Virus record (IMG/VR): IMGVR_UViG_3300023184_000038
Coordinates: 32,001-96,000 of that record
DNA: 64,000 bases
Source of the DNA: a virus
Reading direction: 5' to 3' (one strand)
Under the pieces are notes generated by a model. That model had not been told where the DNA came from. It was given only the letters and a program-made list of their open reading frames with translations, and searched no databases. Below, in pieces: positions 58,852 to 64,000 of this stretch. How positions within the stretch are numbered: the first letter of the stretch is position 1; each line of letters starts with the position of its first letter. The translations under genes and the position numbers were made by a program.

Positions 58852-59700
58852 ATGGCAAAATTAAAAGTAGCAGAACTCTTCTATAGTATACAGGGAGAAG
58901 GTAGATATATGGGTGTCCCTTCAGTCTTTCTACGCACATTTGGATGTAACTTCAAATGTGCAGGATTTGGTATGCCTAAGGGTGAACTAAGTCGTGAAGT
59001 AGAAGATATTGCTGCCAATATACATTTATATAATCAGTATACGCAACTTCCATTAGTTAGTACTGGATGCGATAGTTATGCTAGTTGGGATCCAAGATTC
59101 AAAGACTTGAGTCCAGTACTTACTACTGATAGTATTGTTGACAGTATTATGTCTATGCTTCCACACAATCGTTGGATGGAAGAACATCTGGTTATCACAG
59201 GAGGTGAACCTTTACTAGGATGGCAGCGTAGTTATATTGATTTACTTTCACATGACAAGATGAAAGGGTTACAAGAACTAACTTTTGAAACAAATGGTAC
59301 TCAATCTCTACAACAAGAATTGAAAAGTTATTTGCAGCAGTGGGGAATTAATCGTTCTAGAGGTGCAATTACATTTAGTGTTAGTCCTAAACTTAGTATT
59401 AGTGGTGAGAAGTGGGAAGAAGCAATATGTCCTGACATCATTAATGAGTACTCACAAACGGGTCGTACATATTTAAAGTTTGTTGTTGCAACTAAACAAG
59501 ATGTAGAGGAAGCACAAACAGCCGTTAATCAATATCGTACTAATGGATTTAGAGGGCATGTGTATTTGATGCCATGTGGTGGCGTTGAAAGTGTGTATAA
59601 CTTGAATGCAAAAAATGTTGCACTTGAAGCAATGCGTTTAGGCTGGCGTTATAGTGATAGACTTCAAGTCCCACTGTTCAAAAACGAGTGGGGAACTTGA
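58852..59700 (+). CDS. queE: 7-carboxy-7-deazaguanine synthase (radical SAM)
   Basis: ELFYSIQGEG...G.PSVFLR..GCN, ITGGEP, ETNGT, SPKL, R.Q. Confidence 0.93.
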   Translation: MAKLKVAELFYSIQGEGRYMGVPSVFLRTFGCNFKCAGFGMPKGELSREVEDIAANIHLYNQYTQLPLVSTGCDSYASWDPRFKDLSPVLTTDSIVDSIMSMLPHNRWMEEHLVITGGEPLLGWQRSYIDLLSHDKMKGLQELTFETNGTQSLQQELKSYLQQWGINRSRGAITFSVSPKLSISGEKWEEAICPDIINEYSQTGRTYLKFVVATKQDVEEAQTAVNQYRTNGFRGHVYLMPCGGVESVYNLNAKNVALEAMRLGWRYSDRLQVPLFKNEWGT

Positions 59701-59945
59701 TGCCCTCAATTGATTGGACTACACAATCAGCTAGTGACTATCATTTCAAACAAAGAACTGTGGGTAAACAATTAAAGTTTACTCTAATACCTAGACTATG
59801 CCATATAACAAAGCGTAGAATATGGCTAGAGTATGCATATTGTGTTACTGCAATGTACAGAAGCGGTGATATTAACTTTGATTATGAAAATCGTTGGTAT
59901 AGTAAAGATGAATATTTAATAGCAAGATTAAGGGATTTAATATGA
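59700..59945 (+). CDS. Small hypothetical protein
   Basis: ORF; probable coupled ATG at 59700. Confidence 0.55.
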   Translation: MPSIDWTTQSASDYHFKQRTVGKQLKFTLIPRLCHITKRRIWLEYAYCVTAMYRSGDINFDYENRWYSKDEYLIARLRDLI

Positions 59946-60121
59946 AGTTTGAAATGCGTTGGCTTGTGGTTGAGGCGCCATCTGGCCCTGAAAAGATATT
60001 GCAATATCGTTATGAAAGAGAAATAACAGATTACAGTATAGAAAACCCAAGAACAGGATCCTTTGTTAAAAGAAATGAGTTAACTGATTGGATTACTGTT
60101 ACAACAGTAGATGAGGTATAA
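59942..60121 (+). CDS. 59-aa hypothetical protein (MKFEMRWLVVE...ILQYR...DWITV)
   Basis: Read directly; ATGA overlap with the upstream gene; fills the gap. Confidence 0.55.
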   Translation: MKFEMRWLVVEAPSGPEKILQYRYEREITDYSIENPRTGSFVKRNELTDWITVTTVDEV

Positions 60122-60122
60122 A

Positions 60123-61484
60123 ATGCGAACATATAATAAACGAATAGCATTTCTAATTAGTGACCAGCATTTTATTACGCATGGTGGGATAGGGCAGTTT
60201 GCTAAAGGTTTTACTGAATTAGGAGACCGCATCAATTGGAAAGTTGACATTATCTTAGACAAAGAACCAACAAACGATTTATCTATACTAGTTAAATCAT
60301 TGGGTGCAAATATCATATATACAGATTCTGGTCTACGCTATTCTGACCATACTGCTACGTTTGCTTTTAAAGATAGTATTAATTTTGAAAAAATGGTTAA
60401 TTTCAGAAAAAGCATTATGCTTGCGTTAGAAACTAATATTTATGATATGATTATTTGTAACACGCAAGAAGCAATGAGTGCAGCATATTCTATGGGGTTA
60501 GGAAAATATATTCCAGTAGTATTTTACACACATTCGTATAGTATGGTTTTTAGAGATGAGCAAGATTTTAGTGATGTTTGTATAGATGAATATCATAACT
60601 TTTTCAATAAGCATATGGAACTATCTCATAGTTTTGTTGGAACTCAAAGTCAAAAGAATGTTGATGAGATGACTAAGTATGGTGCAAAGAATGTATCACT
60701 ATTGCGTATGCCATTAAGTGAACGAGAATTGTTAGTACGCAATGATAATCCGCGCAAAGGTGTATTGTTTATTGGACGATGGGAAGAACGAAAAAATCCA
60801 GAAGCATATATTCGTGTTATGAAAGAATGTAAATTGCCTTGCAGAGTAATGACCAATAAAACAGGTGCTAAAAAATTTGAAAAAGCATTTGCTGATAATA
60901 ACATCACAGATTATGAAATCAAAATAAGTATTATTGGCAAAGAAAAAGTAGATTTTATTAAAAGTTGTAGTGTATTTTTTATGCCAGCATTAGGAGAAAA
61001 CTATCCGTTTGCGTTTAGTGAATGTTTGGGACATATGCCATGTGTTGTGTTAGATAATCAAGATTGGTCTAATAATTTTGACGAAAAATATTTTTATAAA
61101 GAAAAATTAAACAATGTATCAATGTTAATTCAACGATTATACAATACTACAAATTACTACGATACCGGAGCATTAGAATATATTAAATTACTAGATGACG
61201 ATACCGCTATAGGCTGGATAAAATTTTTAGATAAGTTTGTTTCTAAAAAAAGTAATACTAATTCAGCAAAAATAAATTCGACAGAAACAGTATGTTATCA
61301 AGACTATATTAAAGAATTAAACAGAGGGCATTTAGCCCGTGAAGATATTGAAAGTGTATTGGCAAATCGTCATAAATTTATTATCAATGTATATACAGAT
61401 GATAATACGTATTTAAGTAAAGATCCAAAATTTAAGCCAATAGAAGAACAGTCACCTAGTGTGTCATTATTTGAATGGGTATGA
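60123..61484 (+). CDS. GT-B (GT4-like) glycosyltransferase
   Basis: HGGIGQF, LFIGRWEERKNP, ENYPFAFSE. Confidence 0.8.
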   Translation: MRTYNKRIAFLISDQHFITHGGIGQFAKGFTELGDRINWKVDIILDKEPTNDLSILVKSLGANIIYTDSGLRYSDHTATFAFKDSINFEKMVNFRKSIMLALETNIYDMIICNTQEAMSAAYSMGLGKYIPVVFYTHSYSMVFRDEQDFSDVCIDEYHNFFNKHMELSHSFVGTQSQKNVDEMTKYGAKNVSLLRMPLSERELLVRNDNPRKGVLFIGRWEERKNPEAYIRVMKECKLPCRVMTNKTGAKKFEKAFADNNITDYEIKISIIGKEKVDFIKSCSVFFMPALGENYPFAFSECLGHMPCVVLDNQDWSNNFDEKYFYKEKLNNVSMLIQRLYNTTNYYDTGALEYIKLLDDDTAIGWIKFLDKFVSKKSNTNSAKINSTETVCYQDYIKELNRGHLAREDIESVLANRHKFIINVYTDDNTYLSKDPKFKPIEEQSPSVSLFEWV

Positions 61485-62317
61485 TGAAAAAAGTATTAAT
61501 AACAGGTAATTCAGGTTATATCGGTAGTCATCTTTCCAAGATGTTAGCAGATTCTTATGAAGTATATGGGTTAGATATTACCCTTCCACAGACAGATCGG
61601 CTTAAAGATTGGTATAATATTGATATTCGTAAATTATTTACTATTGACCAAGAATTTGATGCAGTAATACATTTAGCAGCCTTAGTTAATGTAGGTGAAA
61701 GTGAGCAGCAACCCATAAGTTATTATATTACCAATTTGAATGGGACGATGAATGTCATCAATAAGATTAAGACAAAGAATTTTATTTTTGCAAGTACTGG
61801 CGCAGCAGCGGGATGTGAGAGTGCATATGGTATTAGTAAACGTGCTGCGGAAGATGTGGTGCGTGAATATTGCACTATACATAATCCCAAAGATTACACA
61901 ATATTTAGGTTCTATAACGTAATTGGTAGTGATGGTTTTTTGCCAACTAATCCAGACGGGTTGATGTATAATTTAATGAAATCAAAAGAAAAGGGCGAAT
62001 TTACTATTTTTGGGAATGACTATGATACCCGAGATGGAACTTGCATACGTGATTATGTACATGTTAATGAGATATGTGAAGCATTAGGTAGTGCTATTGA
62101 GAGGCCAAGTAATCAAATAGAATGTTTAGGGCATGGAGTAGGTTATACTGTTGCCGAGATAGTTAATACGTTCAAAAAAGTAAACAATATACCTAATATT
62201 AATTTACTTACTAAGATAGGTCCAAGAAGAAAGGGTGACTTAGCAGTATCTGTATTAGATAATGTGTCACCCTATATGAAGAATCTTTATACTTTAGAGC
62301 AGTTACTTAAAGTTTAA
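61481..62317 (+). CDS. NAD-dependent epimerase (UDP-glucose 4-epimerase-like SDR)
   Basis: ITGNSGYIGSH, HLAA...VGES, YGISK, FRFYNV.G, DGTCIRDYVHV, RRKGD. Confidence 0.88.
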   Translation: MMKKVLITGNSGYIGSHLSKMLADSYEVYGLDITLPQTDRLKDWYNIDIRKLFTIDQEFDAVIHLAALVNVGESEQQPISYYITNLNGTMNVINKIKTKNFIFASTGAAAGCESAYGISKRAAEDVVREYCTIHNPKDYTIFRFYNVIGSDGFLPTNPDGLMYNLMKSKEKGEFTIFGNDYDTRDGTCIRDYVHVNEICEALGSAIERPSNQIECLGHGVGYTVAEIVNTFKKVNNIPNINLLTKIGPRRKGDLAVSVLDNVSPYMKNLYTLEQLLKV

Positions 62318-64000
62318 GAAGCCCATTTTTTATAGGGCTTTGGTAATTTATTTTCCGCCACACCTTGCTTTCTAATCTTAACATTACCCCTCATTCGGTC
62401 AACACTTTCAGGAGTAGGAATATTTAGGCTACGGAACTGAGCTGTGCCTTGTGCAGCAACTGGTCCTCCATGTAAACTATCACGCTCTTCACCTTTGCTG
62501 TTACGCCACTTACCGTCAGTGCCTTGTGTCAGTGGTTCTTTTGTTTGATAGTCTCGTGGAACAAACGGTGCATTTGCACTAGGCTCTGGACTTGGGCTAG
62601 GTGATGAAGTAGATGCTGCTTTCCAGCCAGCCGCGTTCATTGCGTCTACAGTTTGATCACCGGGCTGTTTGCCGTCAGCTTTTCCATTTACAATTCGCAA
62701 ATACGAAGCCATTCCATACTGTGTACCAGAGCCTGCTGGCTTTTCAATCCAGTATGTTTTGCTTTGTGTATCAAGAACAGCTGGATAATTCTGACCATTA
62801 TAGTTAGTAGTTGTTAAAGTAAATCCATTACCTAAATCTTTTTCATTTGCCGGCGGTCCTCCAGCAGTGGCACCAGTATTACTAAAATCATTTATATTAG
62901 CTCCTGGTGGCAATCGTGGACGAATTGGTGCTTCAGCAGAGGCACCAGTATTACTAAAATCATTTATATTAGCTCCTGGTGGCAATCGTGGACGAATTGG
63001 TGCTTCATCTTCTTCTGTCACACCTTGCTTCTTATATACATCCTTGAATGCTTTATTAAAAATGTCAGTAGCTTGCTTAGTTGTTTTTTTAGCAGTGGTT
63101 GGCGTGGCAGTATGTTGTGGGTCAGAGTCGCTATAGTGGTCTCTTGAACCATATGTGCTATGACTTCTTGTGCCATCAGATTTCATACGTCCTTTGGGTT
63201 CTTGACTATGCATTTCCGCCACATCAGATTCTGGTTTCTTCTGCCCGTACATGTCTTTTCCATCTTTATCATAATGAGTTGGGGGAAAATCATACGCTTT
63301 ATTATGAATATCTTGCCTGGCCCATCTATTCATCTCACGCGGCCGGGGAATTAATTTTACCGTAGGCGTATGCTTATCTTTCAATGCCCAGTTATTCATT
63401 CCTTCCGCCACACCTTGCTCTAAACGATTCTGCGCTTTAGCAAATCCTGCAACACTGCGGTTGGCTTTTTCTGGACTACGCTTTGTTGGGTCTGCTTTAT
63501 GTTTCATAGAGTCGGAACTTACTTTTTGTTGATAACTCTTTAGTGCATTATTGCTAACTTCCGCCACACCTTGCTCGGCCATTCCTAACTTACGCATTAC
63601 CGCCGGAGAAGCGATTTTGTTTTTTATACAATTGGGATATTTTTTCCCAAACATAGTTTTCATGCCTTCTTTGTGATATCCTTTCCAGCAAGCTTCGTCT
63701 AAACTTTTCTGTGAGTGATCTCCGTGTGTTTCACACATACCACAGTCTTCACAGACCATTTCCATCTCAATGCTTTCGTTGTGTTTCTTTTTACCAGCGC
63801 AATGAGCCTTTTGACTAAATCCTTTGGGATGTGAGCAATTGATACTGCTTTTATATTTTTGACTCCATCCCTCATTATAGTTATCATACTTATTACGAAC
63901 AGCATCTAACTTTTTTTCACTAGCACCTTCACGTCCTGCTTTGGCTAATGCCTTCATACCATTTTTGCCATACTTTTCATTGCCCTTGGCAGCACGACTC
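62314..64000 (-). CDS. Modular polyprotein with QGVAE junctions; 5'-truncated at the window end
   Basis: The frame is open to base 64000; EQGVAEV, EQGVAEG, SDVAEM, KQGVTEE and KQGVAEN junctions; small Cys modules WSQKYK..INC..PKGFSQKAHC and CWKGY...PNC. Confidence 0.75.
   Translation of the reverse strand, partial: SRAAKGNEKYGKNGMKALAKAGREGASEKKLDAVRNKYDNYNEGWSQKYKSSINCSHPKGFSQKAHCAGKKKHNESIEMEMVCEDCGMCETHGDHSQKSLDEACWKGYHKEGMKTMFGKKYPNCIKNKIASPAVMRKLGMAEQGVAEVSNNALKSYQQKVSSDSMKHKADPTKRSPEKANRSVAGFAKAQNRLEQGVAEGMNNWALKDKHTPTVKLIPRPREMNRWARQDIHNKAYDFPPTHYDKDGKDMYGQKKPESDVAEMHSQEPKGRMKSDGTRSHSTYGSRDHYSDSDPQHTATPTTAKKTTKQATDIFNKAFKDVYKKQGVTEEDEAPIRPRLPPGANINDFSNTGASAEAPIRPRLPPGANINDFSNTGATAGGPPANEKDLGNGFTLTTTNYNGQNYPAVLDTQSKTYWIEKPAGSGTQYGMASYLRIVNGKADGKQPGDQTVDAMNAAGWKAASTSSPSPSPEPSANAPFVPRDYQTKEPLTQGTDGKWRNSKGEERDSLHGGPVAAQGTAQFRSLNIPTPESVDRMRGNVKIRKQGVAENKLPKPYKKWAS
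62353..63576 (-). repeat. Five copies of the junction word on the minus strand (62353-62369, 63013-63029, 63214-63222, 63401-63420, 63559-63576)
   Basis: Seen on the plus strand as ttccgccacaccttgct and variants. Confidence 0.9.
62869..63007 (-). repeat. 67-bp exact repeat with 72-bp period
   Basis: 62869-62935 equals 62941-63007; encodes EAPIRPRLPPGANINDFSNTGA twice. Confidence 0.95.

Noticed and set aside
1-64000. Stop-codon reassignment as seen in some jumbo phages
   Set aside because: Known genes are full length in the standard code, and TAA, TGA and TAG all act as stops.

Overview
This is an AT-rich, gene-dense 64-kb segment of a large T4-like (myovirus, jumbo-type) bacteriophage genome read in the standard genetic code. 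All family assignments come from motif recognition by eye; no searches were run. Gene order: tail fibre and virion accessory genes (1-7.7 kb); NUDIX, gp15/gp14/gp13-like neck genes, MazG-like, dNMP kinase and HNH (8-15.3 kb); tail sheath, tube and head completion genes plus a 1118-aa modular head-core-like protein (15.4-26.2 kb); PhoH, holin, DnaJ and ClpA (26-32 kb); a ~13-kb array of modular enzyme genes (33.4-46.8 kb); family B DNA polymerase and clamp (46.9-50.7 kb); a 7-deazaguanine DNA-modification and sugar-transfer cluster (51-62.3 kb); and a 5'-truncated modular polyprotein on the minus strand (62.3-64 kb). Best candidate for a new system: modular 'capsid-cargo polyproteins'. They begin with a T4 internal-protein-like capsid-targeting peptide (MRAxEFIxE). 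Their unrelated enzyme modules (kinase, GNAT, ParB/Srx, permuted papain-like, nucleotidyltransferase, LysM-SleB, HEXXH) are joined at prohead-protease-type (V/I/L)-x-E sites. Many junctions are encoded by a conserved DNA word, GAGCAAGGTGTGGCGGAAGGC (EQGVAEG), which keeps rare GC-rich codons and so may serve as both a recombination site and a protease site. Also notable: apparently leaderless late genes (NATAAATA+4-5 nt+ATG), an ATT-initiated neck gene with a leader uORF, a preQ1-I-like switchable RNA ahead of queD, other structured intergenic RNAs, and a QueC-less DpdA/DpdL-type pathway interleaved with glycosyltransferases.
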